Source: Eledone cirrhosa (Eukaryota). From it: 64,000 nt of DNA. Below are positions 1-13,606 of the stretch, in pieces. Made by a program: the position numbers and the translations under genes. Below the pieces are notes generated by a model that had not been told where the DNA came from, did not search any database, and saw only the letters and a program-made list of their open reading frames with translations. The first letter of the stretch is position 1; every line of letters starts with the position of its first letter. The DNA is taken from assembly GCA_964016885.1 (NCBI GenBank), contig OZ024740.1, positions 59,272,001 through 59,336,000 on the forward strand, in the 5' to 3' direction.

Positions 1-91
1 ATGATATATATTATATATACATATAATGATATACATAATATATATATGATATACATAATATAAATATGATATATATAATATATATATATGA

Positions 92-707
92 CTAGCAGTG
101 GTACCCGGCGTTGCACGGGATAAGGTATTTAGGAACGCGGGCCGCCAACAGACCTAAACGTTGAAAAACTGGATACCTGGACAATATGTAAAGAAAATAA
201 ACCAAATACTCTGATGGCTGGATAATCTTTAAGATTTTCCTCGATGAAGCAGGAAAAATGCAGGTTTTCACCTAATGCGGGCCCTAGGGGATCAAGAAAA
301 TGAATTTTTTTTATGTGCATAATATGCCTTGTAATTTTGAGAAAATTGGCTAGATGTGACGCCTCAAAAAAGCCTTAAAAGCCTGAAAAAAATGAAGTTT
401 TTCACCTAATGCAGGCCCTAGGCCATAAAAATGTTAGAATTTCTTTGCTCACGGTATGAAGAATAGACTGACTAATACAGGGTTACAATTTCAAGGAAAT
501 CGGTCTGACGTAACGCCTCAAAACCTGAAAAAATGCAGTATTTCACCTAATGTGGGCCCAAGGGGATCAAAATGTTGAATTTTATGTGCATAACACTCCC
601 TGAAACATAAGTAATACACATGTAAAGTTTGAAAAGTTGGTTGGGTACTTCGAGTTTTAGGGATTCAAACATCCTCAGGAAGTGACGTAATGCAGACAGC
701 CAGACAT
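92..707 (-). mobile_element. Non-autonomous Helitron-like element
   Basis: Minus-strand 3' end: hairpin CCCGTGCAACGCCGGG then CTAG|T; three internal subrepeats (ttttcacctaatgcgggccctagg); homologous to 24472-25211. Confidence 0.7.
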
Positions 708-875
708 CATCATCATCATTTCATTTCACGTCCACTTTTCCCTGCTTGCAAGAGTGGGACGGCAATTGATTCTGGCTTGATTTCTACAGCTGGATGCCCT
801 TCCTAACACCAACCTCATTTACAGTGAGTGCTGGGTGCTTTTTTGCCGTGGCACTTCCATGACCACTTTGCAGTG
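706..875 (-). mobile_element. RTE-tail-related SINE/LINE 3' fragment
   Basis: (CAT)n tail plus ttacgtcc...ctggatgcccttcctaacaccaacc, matching the 3' end of the RTE at 28138-28410. Confidence 0.7.
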
Positions 876-898
876 GAATATAGACCCTAGTCCCTATC

Positions 899-1045
899 AT
901 CTCATTTCTACAGCTGAGTAAACTGGAGCAATGTGAAATAAAGTGTCTTGCTCAAGGAAACAACACATCACCCGGTCTGAGAATTGAACTCACAACCTTT
1001 CGATTGCAAGGCCAATGCTCTAACCACTAAGCCATGTGCCTCCAT
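899..1045 (-). mobile_element. tRNA-derived SINE with CORE-like central segment
   Basis: A box TGGCTTAGTGG, B-box-like GAGTTCAATTC, then CCTTGAGCAAGACACTTT; related copies near 40575-40930 (+) and 60700-60820 (-). Confidence 0.7.
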
Positions 1046-1335
1046 ACAGACAGATATTATAAGGGCGCGTTCTGGACGCATATGGAATTGTTGGAAGTGA
1101 CGTAATGCAAACAGCCAGACATATGATTGAATCTCACACCTTAACAAGGTCACATGATTTCATAAACATAAAAAACTGAAAAAAAAAAATTCTGCAGATC
1201 ATGCATATACATGGAAAATGAATATTCTCATCTATAGTTAAAATAAAATCTAACCAGAAACAACACTTCTAACAAAAAATGAAGAATTACTTCAAGTTTT
1301 ATGTTATAAAACTACCCATTTTCAAGCAATTCTAT

Positions 1336-1734
1336 TTAACCCTTTAGCATTTATGTTATTCTATATTTATTATTGTATTTTCACGGTAAACGTTATCTCA
1401 GAAAATATCAAATCTACGAGATTTTGATATTTATTTTGAGAACAATACCTTCACATAAGTATGAGCAGCCAGTTTGAACAGAAAGAGAGAATTCTGGCCA
1501 GTTTAAATGCTAAAGGATTAATCTGGCTGTATCTGGCCAGAATTCTCTCACCTCTTTCTGTTCAAACTGGCTGTAATTGTCAGCTCATACTGATGTTAAG
1601 GTATTGCGCTTGATATTATTTATTTTCAAAATAAATAATATCAAGATCTCATAAATTCGATATTATGTGAGATAAAGCCTTTACCATGAAAATACAATAG
1701 TAAATATAGAGTAATGTAAATGCTGAAGGGTTAA
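1336..1734. mobile_element. Two inverted adjacent copies of piggyBac-like MITE family 1
   Basis: TTAA|CCCTTTAGCATTT terminal inverted repeats; 1336-1521 complete, about 1523-1734 lacks one end. Confidence 0.75.
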
Positions 1735-2315
1735 ACTTCCATGATTTTTTTTTTATTTAGCACTTTTGTTTTAAACACCAGTTTAAGAATGAAAAAGTTT
1801 ATTTTATTAAATCTGTCATCTTTAATTATTTAAAAAATTAATTAAAACTGTCTGTCATGGCTACAAAAGGGTTAATTTGAAATCCTGGGGTAGCTTAAAA
1901 GACAATCAGTAAAAGAATGTCAGTATAGATTCAACCACACTCTAAGAGGCAGCTTAACAGATTATTCTTTAATAAAGAAGTGTTTAATACGATTATGAAA
2001 CTATCATTCAAACATCACAAGATGTCAGTTAATCTATGTTTACTGACTAATCTGATGACATAAATAATGTAGCAAGTTAATTGAAAAATATATATTGATA
2101 TTTCATGGCAACATATATTAACAAAATAATCTTAAAAATTCATATTGTAAACAATAGAAATTCATATTTTAATGTTGATACCAACCCAGCCAAAATCATC
2201 CATTTTAAAGAATTCCTATTTAAATTATAATCTTCCAACATAATTTTATATAAGAATTAACGTTACTACTTTAGTAATGAAATAATAATTTTAGTAAATC
2301 CATAAAAATTATTCA

Positions 2316-2519
2316 TTAACCCTTTAACATTTAAACTGGCCAGAATTATCTCGCCTGTTTGTTCAAATTGACAATAACTGGCAGTTCATACTTATGTTAA
2401 GATATTGTTCTCAAAATAAATAACATCAAAATTTCATAGATTTGATATTATGTGAGATAAAATGTTTACTGTGAAAATACAATAGTAAATATAGAGTAAT
2501 GTAAATGCTAAAGGGTTAA
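2316..2519. mobile_element. piggyBac-like MITE family 1
   Basis: TTAA-CCCTTTAACATTT...AAATGCTAAAGGG-TTAA. Confidence 0.8.
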
Positions 2520-3585
2520 TTGAAATAGAGTGCATTTCATTAGCAAAGTTTAGTTGGTTGTGAAAATATTTTTTTTTTAAATTCATACTGTAAAGAATAA
2601 AAATTATATTGAAAAAGGCTTTTTTTCAAATCAAATCTAGTTACTAACATCCTGTAATGATTTAGCAGAAAAAGTCTAAAAATGGGTGTTATTTCAAATG
2701 TTTATAGTATATTTCATAGACAGATTGTTGCTCCAATTTCTACTAAACTAAAGATTTCAATGTGATAGTCATAGTGGTTTTGTACATTAAAAGAATATCT
2801 AACTAATACCATTTCATGTGGCACAAAATGTTAAGAGCTGCTGGCATATACTATCACTTACGGATAAAGCAGGCATATACTATCTCGTCTTGATCCCGAG
2901 TCACTAACATCATAAGATTTATCCTCACTGCTTTCTATAGAGTGAGCATACATTTGTATTACTTATTTTAAGTACATGAAACCACATTAGCAAAGCATTC
3001 TTGAAAAATACAAAACACCAGACATCTCAAATCCAATATTGTTAATGGCTTCACAATATGTCCACTAACCATTTTAATTGATTAACCAACTGTTATGCAT
3101 TTTCTGTTAACTCATTACTAGAAGTAATGAGTTAAATTGGAATGAAATAAGTCTAGGGAATTTCCCTTAACCATCTTGACTTGTAAGCTTTAATCTATTT
3201 CAGATTTACTTTCATTGCAAGAAACATATGACAACCACTGGCATAAAGTAGTTTATTTTCTAACACTACACCTCACATAAGAAAGAATGCCATCATTAAC
3301 ACATTTATCTGGTATATAACAATGAATTCTTAAATGTTTCTATTCTGCATTGCTAAGAACATAAAAAGAAAAAATTCTTTTCATATTTAATATATATTTC
3401 TCAAGTAAAGTATATAAGTGATCGATAAATGCTGAAATATGTAGTGATGGTTAATTTGTGACGACCAGCAAAAAAAAATCAATTCTATCCTCTACAATAT
3501 ACAGAATAATATCTTTAGCACAGAACTAAAAATCTGGATAAAGCTTGATATCTCAGTGCATACATTCATCTTGGTAGCTTGTCAT

Positions 3586-4362
3586 TTAACCCTATTTAGA
3601 TAGCCACCCAAATCTAGGATATAAAACTATCCATAAATTTATGTAAGAACCTGTTGTTGCTGGAATAGTTAGTTATTTTTTTTACATAAATTTCTCAAAA
3701 ATTGTTCATTTTCAAAATTAATTGGCAGTGTATTTTAGTCATAATAGGGTTAACCCTTCCATTACCATATTTCTAATGAAATGTATAAAATATAATTTTC
3801 ATTCAATAGTTAATTAAAATCAATACATCATATTGTATAATTCTCTGATCATCGTTTTTTGTAAGACACTATTCATTGATGAGTTTGGTTTTGAAAATAA
3901 ACAAAATGTGGTTGGTGTTAGGAAGGGCATCTAGTCATAAAAAAACCTGCCAGATAGTCCTATATGAGTGAGACACGGTCACCCGACCAGCCTTGCCTCA
4001 AGTGGGACAACTCCCATCTAACCCATGCTAGCGTGGAAAATGGACGTTAAACGATGATGAATTTGAACAGATTTAGTAAAATAACTTTTTTGTTTAAAAC
4101 TTTACGACAATGTATTAATTTATTATGAACATTTTAACCCTGTTGATACCAAATCTCCCAAACTAACTTTATTTCAAAATATTTATATTTAAAAGCCATC
4201 CATCATAATTTTATGTAGGAACCGTTAAGTTATGATCTAAACACCAACTTAATAATGAGAACATTATATTGTAAAATCCCTTCAAATTCTTGCTTATTTT
4301 CAAAATTATTTGAAAATCCCAATCAATATCTTTCATTAGAAATATGGTAATGAAAAAGTTAA
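3586..4362. mobile_element. Chain of three TTAA-flanked MITEs (family 2 type) with a nested SINE near 3905-4060
   Basis: TTAA junctions at 3586, 3750, 4134 and 4359; termini such as ttaaccc...tacc and ggta...agggttaa, some degenerate. Confidence 0.6.
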
Positions 4363-4522
4363 AACTGAAATTTTTCATATGACAAAATCAGAGATTTTCA
4401 AAATAGTAATATGAAAAAGGTTAAAACCAACCACATTTTCACTACATATACATACACACTATAATGGCAGATCATATCAGTCACTCAAACGAAAGCCATA
4501 TATTTACATGCTGAAAATATAT

Positions 4523-4703
4523 TTAACCCTTTAGCATTTAAGTCGGACATAATTCTCTCACCTCTTTCTGTTCAAACCGGCCACTCATTCTGATGTTAAA
4601 GACTGTTTCTCAAAATCTTGTAGATTCGATATTATGTGAGATAAAGCCTTTACCACAAAAATACAATAGTATATATAAAGTAATGTAAATGCTAAAGGGT
4701 TAA
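4523..4703. mobile_element. piggyBac-like MITE family 1
   Basis: Both TIRs and TTAA duplications intact. Confidence 0.8.
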
Positions 4704-7700
4704 GGATGTTATTTGATAAATATAAATAAAATTTGGGACATTTTACTATACCTGCAATTTGAAGAGTATTGGTACCATCAACTGTATCCTAGTGCTTTCC
4801 GGTTAAGTTATTTTAAGATGTCATACAATTTGGTAGAGCAACAAAAAGGCATTCATTTGGTTTCATATCTTTTGTTCATTAGTTTCAATGATCCTCAGAA
4901 AACATTTTACTGCATTTTGTTATAAACAAAAAAAAAAGTATAAACCAAACTGATATTTATAATATATCTGCCGTTTGTTTTAGAGTGAAGGTAGCTCCAT
5001 GTTAAGCAGAGGTACAAATTGTAATTTGTTCAACTAACAGTAGTGACAAATTACATTTAAAAATCTTCTTTGTAAAAAATAAAACAATATCCATGGCATT
5101 CTACCCATTGAGTGAATGTGACTGGGGAAAAACAGCATACATTACTGGTAATTTTTCAAAATAAAATACACAACTATAAATTTTTTTTAGAAAAATAACT
5201 TTTATTTTTTAAAAAAATATTTGTAAAAATACAGTAAAAGTACAAAAATCACAGGTTTCCATCTTGGACGTTTAAAACCAGGTCTCAAGTGATATCTGAA
5301 GAAAGAAAAGGGGGAGAAAAATATATTAGAGAAGAACAAAAAATTAAATTAATGTGGAAATGGGAAAAAAAAGACTGACCAGACCTGTCCATTCTGTGTA
5401 TGTTAAGAAAAGAAAGAAAAAACAGAACTTGACCAAGTGATAGAAACTTGAGAAAGGTGAACGAAAATTTTTTTGTGAAAAGAGAAAGTAGGTCAAGAAA
5501 TAGAAAGTGATGAAAGAGAGAGAGAGGTGAAATGCAGACATGAAAAAATTTCGGAAAGTCAATTTACAAATACAAAAAAATACAACAGAATTTATTTTAA
5601 ACCAATATACATAGAAAAATCTATTGAGACAAAAAAGAAAAAAGACAAACATGACAGCCGCAAAATATCCATAGACGGATGAGCAGCTTGGAAGATGTGT
5701 ATAAGAAAACAAGAACAAAAAAAAAATAAATAAAACAGAAGTGAAAGTTCCAAGTGGGAATCAGGAAAGGGTGGGTGGGCAGCTATCATCCAAACTACCG
5801 AGTTACAAGCAGTAAACCACGATAGGTACTAGTACTATACCAGTACAATGGTGATTCTTAATTAAAACAGTCAACCTGAAAGGATTTCAAAAGTCAGTCA
5901 GTATCCGGTAGCACCTAATTTTTTTTAATGGTTTTTTAAGTGTTTTTTTTTCATTTATAAAAGAAATTTTTTAAATTATTTGGTTTTTTAAATTTTTTAA
6001 AAACATTTTAAAACTTTTTTTTTTTAATATGTATTTTTTGTTAAAATATCCAAGGAAAATGTCAGCCGATATGGTGAGTCAATCAGCTAATTAAAAATAT
6101 TTAGGGACAGTTAATTTTCGTTCACCTTTCTAAAACTTGAAAAAGGTTTAAAATTACAAGAAAAAGAAATTAGGAGACAATGTTTCCTATTATAGAAGAC
6201 ATTATGTATATATATATATGTATGCATATATAAATATACATATATATATGTATATACATGTATAGATATATATATATATATATGCATGTTTTAAGTTTAA
6301 GATCTTTAAAAGCTAGATGAATCTTGTTCACTGTTAAGAGCAAGTTAAAGGGACTAACTATTGATATCAATAGTTTCCATTTAAATGTTTACTTTTTTCT
6401 TTCTTCATTAAATAATCACCTAGTCTAAAAATTGAAAGCATCTTGGTAAACATTGAAAGCAAAAAAAAAAAAATTTAAAAAATGGAACAGTAATAAAAGC
6501 AATTTATAATTGAAAACATCTTTAACTGATGCCCTGCTTTAGTTTAGATTTATCAATTTATATTGAACAGTTATCAATTAGAGGGCAGATCATTTTCTTT
6601 AAGCCACAAATTTCTAAAGTTTATATATGGTTTTAACGGCAGTTATAGACAATGACATGCTGTTTATTTGTGTTAACATTCACACTGAAAAGACTACCAC
6701 TTGGAATGGGAAGAAAAGATCACCACGTTACCTGGCATTACTATGGATTGGGATTCCTCGATCAAGCAGTAAAGATACCTTAAGTGCTGATATCACATTT
6801 CCTGTGTCTTTGTTTCCCTGGAGTCTCAGTAGCCGTCCAAATTGTAGTAGTAGAATTTTACTGGCAAATAATGCCAGAACTTGAGTACTTGTACAAAAAC
6901 TTATACAATCCCTGCTGATGTACTACAAGTGTCAGAACATTAAAATTTGTACATTTTTCACTGAATTTCAATATAAACCAGGATAAGTGCTAATATCAAT
7001 ATATTAGCAGCTAGCCTCTATCTTTTGTGAGCACATACAAGCCTTAAGGATAGAAGCCCATTACGTTTATAGATATTTTTCTTTTTGTTTGGTTTGGTTT
7101 GGTTAGTTTATTATGCACCTGAATTAATTTATTTAGGGTTGTACAATAATATCAAAATTTGCTGCATCTTTAAAAATTGCCTAAAGATTATTATTATTTT
7201 TTTTCCTCAACCTGATAATTTGTTTAGCAGCATTTGAAATTGATTTACAACAGTTTGGATATCTACTGGCTCTATCCTTAAGCTATTTAGAACTAGTTTG
7301 GTAAGTTTTACTAAGTTTTAAAATGCATTGTATGTGCCCAGTCTCCACTTGGATCCTGGAGGAGATTTAGCAAGTTGAAATAAACAACGGACCAAAGTAA
7401 TTTTAGACTGATTTTTATGTATTTTTTTTATTTATTTTTATTTTTAACTTTTTTAAATAATAATTCAAGTTACTGGGTTTAACCACCACAACATTTACTA
7501 ATATTGTGGCATTACCAACTATTGACACTCATAGTTGATTCTTTTTACTTACGTTTTCAAAGTTGTAGAATCTAATCAGACTCATTAAGCTTTTTAGGTG
7601 TCCAGCAGAAAAACAAAAGGCTGACTTCTAAAGACTAGTTTAAAATTTGATTTTTTTTTTAATATCTTTTTTTTATTTTTAATTTTGACAAAGATTAAAT

Positions 7701-8123
7701 CTACATTTGGCAGCACAGAAGCATGAGGTGACAAAACATCACTAAATCATTTTGTACTACATGGATACTGACAATGAGGAAAACGTGGTCGATGTAGTTT
7801 GGGTTTAAGAGTTAGAATACTTAAGCCTTGTTAGGTCCTTGCCAGTTCTGTGTCACAGAGTGACAATAAAATGGATGAAAGGAGACCAAAATTCAATGAA
7901 AATGTCCCACTGATTAAGTGTTGGGGTGATGGGAGTGTGAAAATATGGTGCATGAAGTCATGATTTTTGTACCTCCTTGCTCACATGCTTGTCATTCTTC
8001 TGTGGGCCACAACTGAGATTGGCATCAGTTGGTCAAAGCCACTCGGCTTAAGTGGATGGAGACTGGACGAAGACAGCGATAACGACCAGTGCAGCAGGGT
8101 TAGGTTTCGACCAAGGTTAATTT

Positions 8124-8236
8124 TTAGTAACCACCGCCTCTACCTCCATATGGATGACTTCTGTATTGTCCCTTTGCACCTCTTGTAGGTGGTGGGGCTT
8201 TCATCTGTCCAACATTTGAGCCCCAGCCACCATCAC
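8124..8236 (-). CDS. KHDRBS3: KHDRBS exon 9, last coding exon ([37 protein letters not shown])
   Basis: Acceptor TTTACAG, KAPP..R..KG.YR.HPY PY-NLS, TAA stop. Confidence 0.95.
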
Positions 8237-11200
8237 CTGTAAATGAAAATAACTCTGCTAAAAACATCACATCAATGTAAATTGTCATAAAAGAAACATT
8301 AAGTTAACTATAAAGTCAAGTTATAATCATCATCATCACTGTACTGTCTATTTTTGTATACTTCCATGGGTTAGATGGGATGTCACATTCTGAGGTTAGA
8401 CAGGTCAAATAAGATGACTATCTTGCTCTTACATCTCATTTGGGTATGGTCTTTATGATTGGATGCCCTTCCTAATGCCAATCAGTTAGGCTAAGTGCAT
8501 TTTATTATGGAACCAGTACTACCACATTTACCATACAAATTATTTATACTATTAGATGCGAAGAAAAATTGTTACCTTCAGGCCAGAGACCAAAACAATG
8601 CGAAAGCTTGGTTATAGATACCACACTTACAGAAGACAGAGACTTCTGATGCACTACATATTTGTTCTATTCATTATCATTATTTTGAAATACAACTTAC
8701 ATAAGGTAAAATGTGAGAACTAATTAAAAATAATGTAACTATATTTTCTAAAAATGCATCACTAAACAAGTAGGGCAAATGGCTGATAAATACACAAACA
8801 GTCAGTTACCTGATTATGATCCAACCCAATATTAACCAAAAAAAGAAATATCTTACACATAAAATCAGTATATTTCACATTCATATAACCATAGACGTTA
8901 AACGATGATGATGATAACCTAAAGTAATTGCTATTTACTAGTGTGTAAATATTTGTTATAATCTTGTTCTTTTTGTAAGTATAATTGGTTTTGTGTTCCA
9001 TATAGCCAGCTTATCCAGCATGACATGAATGAAATTAGCTGCAATACATATTCAAGACTCAAATACCTTTCAGTCATTCATATACAAAAATAAAATCTAG
9101 TTTCAGTATCTTTCAAAATATTAACATGAACACTCAAGCACAAAATTTGTAACAACCTATTTTCTTTTTGCCTAGTAAGAGTAAAATAACTTACCATATC
9201 CTTCATCATACTGTCCACCAGCTCCATAATCGTAATACTGTGAATCCCTAAGAAAGTAAAACAAACAATATATAATCATCATTCTATCCATACTGCAATC
9301 TACAAAACAGAGCATTTCAAACTTCAATATATAATTTTTTGTATATATGTGTTTGTGTATAGAACAATGAAAACAAGACAGAAGTCAGAGGCAGGTAGTT
9401 AATTAGTTCATTGTTTTACAGTCGTTTCAGAAGATTGATATATTGATTAGCATGATAGTGGTTAGGTTACCACGCCTCGGAATTCTTGTTTGATCAACCA
9501 TCTTTTTCAGAAACACTAAACTATAATTTCATTTACTACATATATAAAGATATAAAAAAGCGAAGGCATGCAGTGAGGAATTAGAAAAGAGGGGAACATG
9601 TAAATTAAGAGTAGTAGGAGTAGAAAGCATATAAAGGATGAGTAAACGAAGATAATAAAAAACAATTGATTCTACTTTAGGCACAAGGCCAGCAATTTTG
9701 GGGGAGGGGAAAGTCGATTAATCGACTCCAGTGCATTACTGGTATTTTATTTTATCGACCTCGTAAGGATAAAAGGCAAAGTTAACCTCGGCGGGATTTG
9801 AACTCATAACGTAAAGGGTCATGACTATGTTGCAAAGCATGGCGTCCGACCCTCTACCAATACTGCCAATCCACCGCCCTTAAAAAACAATAATAATGAT
9901 AAGAATAATAGTAATTGTAATACTACTACTTATAATAGTAATAATTGTTTCTACTTTTGGCACAAGACCAGCAATTAACCCAGTGCATTACTGGTACTTT
10001 ATTTTATCGACTCCGTAAGGATGAAAGGCAAAGTTAACCTTGGTGGGATTTGAACTGATACCGTAAAGGGACGTAACTATGTTGGAAAGCATGGCGTCCG
10101 ACCCTCTACTGATACTGCCAATCCACCGCCATAATAGCAATAATAGTAGTAGATAGGATACAGTTGTAATTGTAGTAGATAAAGAATTCACTGTAAGAGT
10201 TATGATAAGTTGATGGAATTGTGTGTATAGAAATTCATTTAACTGCAGATAAGTTTATATGATTTTAAAGTAGAAAAGAGTACCAACAAAGACATTTATG
10301 GGAGAGAACATTATTTTCTCTCTGACTGAACATGAACATACTTCAATTTGTAAACAACTTTCGCTGGTGCAGACTTAGCACTAGTTTCTATTTGCTATTA
10401 AAGCTTACTCGTTTTCAGTCTAATATGAAATCTATTTTAAAGAATTTGTACCAGGCTATGGAGACACAGATTCAGAAATTAACCTGCGCACTATGTACCT
10501 GGAGACTTTATTGTTTGGTCAACTATATATATATACAAACACTATCTTTCTGAAAATACTTCAGGCTTCTAGTGTATTTCAGATACTATATTCTGAGTAC
10601 TGCATATAGTGACCATATAGTGAGAAAATCAAATCTTTTATAACTAGATAATAAATGGATGTTATACTAGGTGCAATCATAACTTCTATGGCTTTGAGGT
10701 GACCAATGCCTCAAGTGTATTTGATAGATGGAAAGTGTGAGAAAGCTTGTAGAGTGTATAAATGTTTTCCTATTGATGCCATTTAAAGTAAGTAGTAATA
10801 TTTGTTTATGTTTGATACAAGTCCATCAGATTATACCACACTTAAATGTAAAGTATGAGTTGGCATCAGGAAAGGCATTCAGCTATAGCAAAAAAGCCAT
10901 AAAAACCCTCAGCCAATCCATACCTGCATGGAAAAATGAATGTAAAAACGATGTGCTATTTAACCATAAAAGATAGACCTGTTATAAAACCCCAAATTCA
11001 AACTAGAGGCTGACACAGAATAGAAGAAATAGTTCTAGATATGACATTACTTTAGTTGCTAACTACAATATATATAAGTCATGCAACAAATATGGATATA
11101 ATGTGAAAGTTCCAGTCAACAGAATAAAATTATAATAGTTTTTCATGTTGAACAATGATTTTTAAATATTAGAGACCCACCTAAAATAGATAATTCTGGA

Positions 11201-13553
11201 TAAATTTATTAGGAAAATACAGCATTTCTGCTAATAATTACATTTAACCCTTTTAATACCAAACTAACCCTAGTTCTAATACAAAGCTATCTTTAAATGT
11301 TTATCTAAAGAGCCTTTAAGTTTTCCAAACACTGGCCTAATAAGATTAGCTATATTACTAAATCCCTCCAAGTTATTTTCAAAATGGTTTGAAAACCATA
11401 GACTGTCTTATTAGAAATATGGTAACAAAAGGGTTAAAGTAGCCAATAATTGTTAATCGAAAGCTTAGTATGCAAAAAGAAAAGTATATATAAAAAGATA
11501 TAGTCTCTTTAAGCTTTTTGATACCAAATACCAAACTGCCTGAAACCAAGAGTTTAAATTTATTTAAAAACCTTCCATCATAATTTTAAGTAAAATCATT
11601 TACATTCCAAACACTTAATAATGAGAAATTCAGTTACATTACTAAATCCCTCCAAATTCTTGATTATTTAAAAAAGATATTCGAAAACTATAAACGGTGT
11701 CTTTGATTAGAAATATGGTAATGAAAGGGTTAAGATGATTATTAAATTGTAACTGTATGAACACAGTCCCCACCTTATCCCGGTACTCTACAACTGACCA
11801 TGGCAAAATTTGAACAAAACATAAACGGCCTTAACCATAAACTACTATCAATTTAGTCAGGAGCTCTAACAATTATTACCAACCTAGAATCAATTTTACT
11901 TGTGCAAAATATAAAAAAAATAAGATGTGACATAAATTGCACCTTAGCTAATCTAAACCTTTCAATGTTCATTAGACAGGCTAATAATATAGCTACAAAG
12001 GAAGATAAAAAATAAATAAATGAAAATATACTTACACTTGGCCATATGATTGATCTCCATAACCACCTTCATAACCACTTTGATCACCATAACCTTCATT
12101 ATAACTTTGATCATAACCCTGTAGAAATTGAAACAAATTTATATACATAGCTCCACAGAAAGCTAATTTCAAAACAACAATGACATGGTCACATAGCTAC
12201 AGCTTATGAGGACAAAAATGAGCATTAATTGGATTTTTATAGGCCAATAATTTGTTTAATTGTACTTACTTTTGCTTCATTAGACTCAAAATTGTTTATC
12301 ATCAAACCAACAACAAACTTTTGCTGAGATCAACACTTTATATTTAATCAGATTTATTACAAAAATCCAGGATAATCCAATTCGGTAAAAACAAAAGTAA
12401 AGAGCCAGTGTGAAAGGTAATCAATTGACCTGAGATTAATCACCTACATCTAATCTGAAAATTATTTGGCACTGTGCAGAAAATAAATGGGAGATGGCAA
12501 AAGTATTAGTGTACTCTATAATGACATGCAACACTGACTTTAGTTGCATGAGGCAAGTCTAGAATGTAATCCAGTGATTTAATGACTAAAAATATACTAA
12601 CATAATCATCATAGCTTTGTTCCATTGGTGGTGGTACTTGGGGAGCAGGTGCTGCTCTACCTCTGCCGGCTGCCATACCCCCTCTTGGTGGACCACCTCG
12701 TGATGGGGGCGTACCACGTCCTGCTGGGGAACCCCTCGTTGGAGGAGGAATAGCACCACCCCTGATGAAAAAATAAAAGTATGTTTCTATACCTGTCACA
12801 CTCATATAATATACATACAAAAAGTTAAACAATTGATGAATAAAACTATTTTAGTGTAATTCCAACCAAATGAAAAATTAAAACAAAAAAACATCAGTAC
12901 CTGCCAGCAGGTCCACCTCTTCCAGCGGGAGATGTTAGGAGACCACCCCGTGGAGCTCCTCGAGGTGTTTGTCCTGGAGCACCTCTGCCTCGCCCTCGAC
13001 CACGACCAGCATCACCACCATTTAAATACATCAGTTCTTGAAGTTGCTGTTGACGGATTTCATCATTGTAATCATTCTGCAAAAGAAAGCAATAAAACAA
13101 TGTAATAATAGACGGAAATAATAATAAACTTACAATTAAACTAATTAATAAAAAAGAAAGAAAAAGAAATTCAAAATAAAATGCTCACCGGAATTAAATA
13201 TTTCTGTAATTCAGTGAAAGCATGTGCCATTCTCTGATAAGCATCTGATGCTTCAGCATAAACTTCTACCAAAACATGAAGGTCCTCATTTAAGTGGGTA
13301 TATTTTCCACCTTTCTTTCTTAGCTCATCTTCCTATGGTAAATAAAAACACGAGGCATTAAGATACTAACATCAACAGCTAGTCGTATATGAAAATGAAG
13401 AACTATCTAAAATACAAGATACTTTCAAAATAATAGCAACCACTCTGCAAACAACCAGTCAAATATACAATTATTACTCAGTATAAATATGTGTATATAT
13501 ATATATATGATGATGATGATACCATTGTGGATGTTAAATAATTATGATGATGA

Positions 13554-13606
<53 letters not shown>

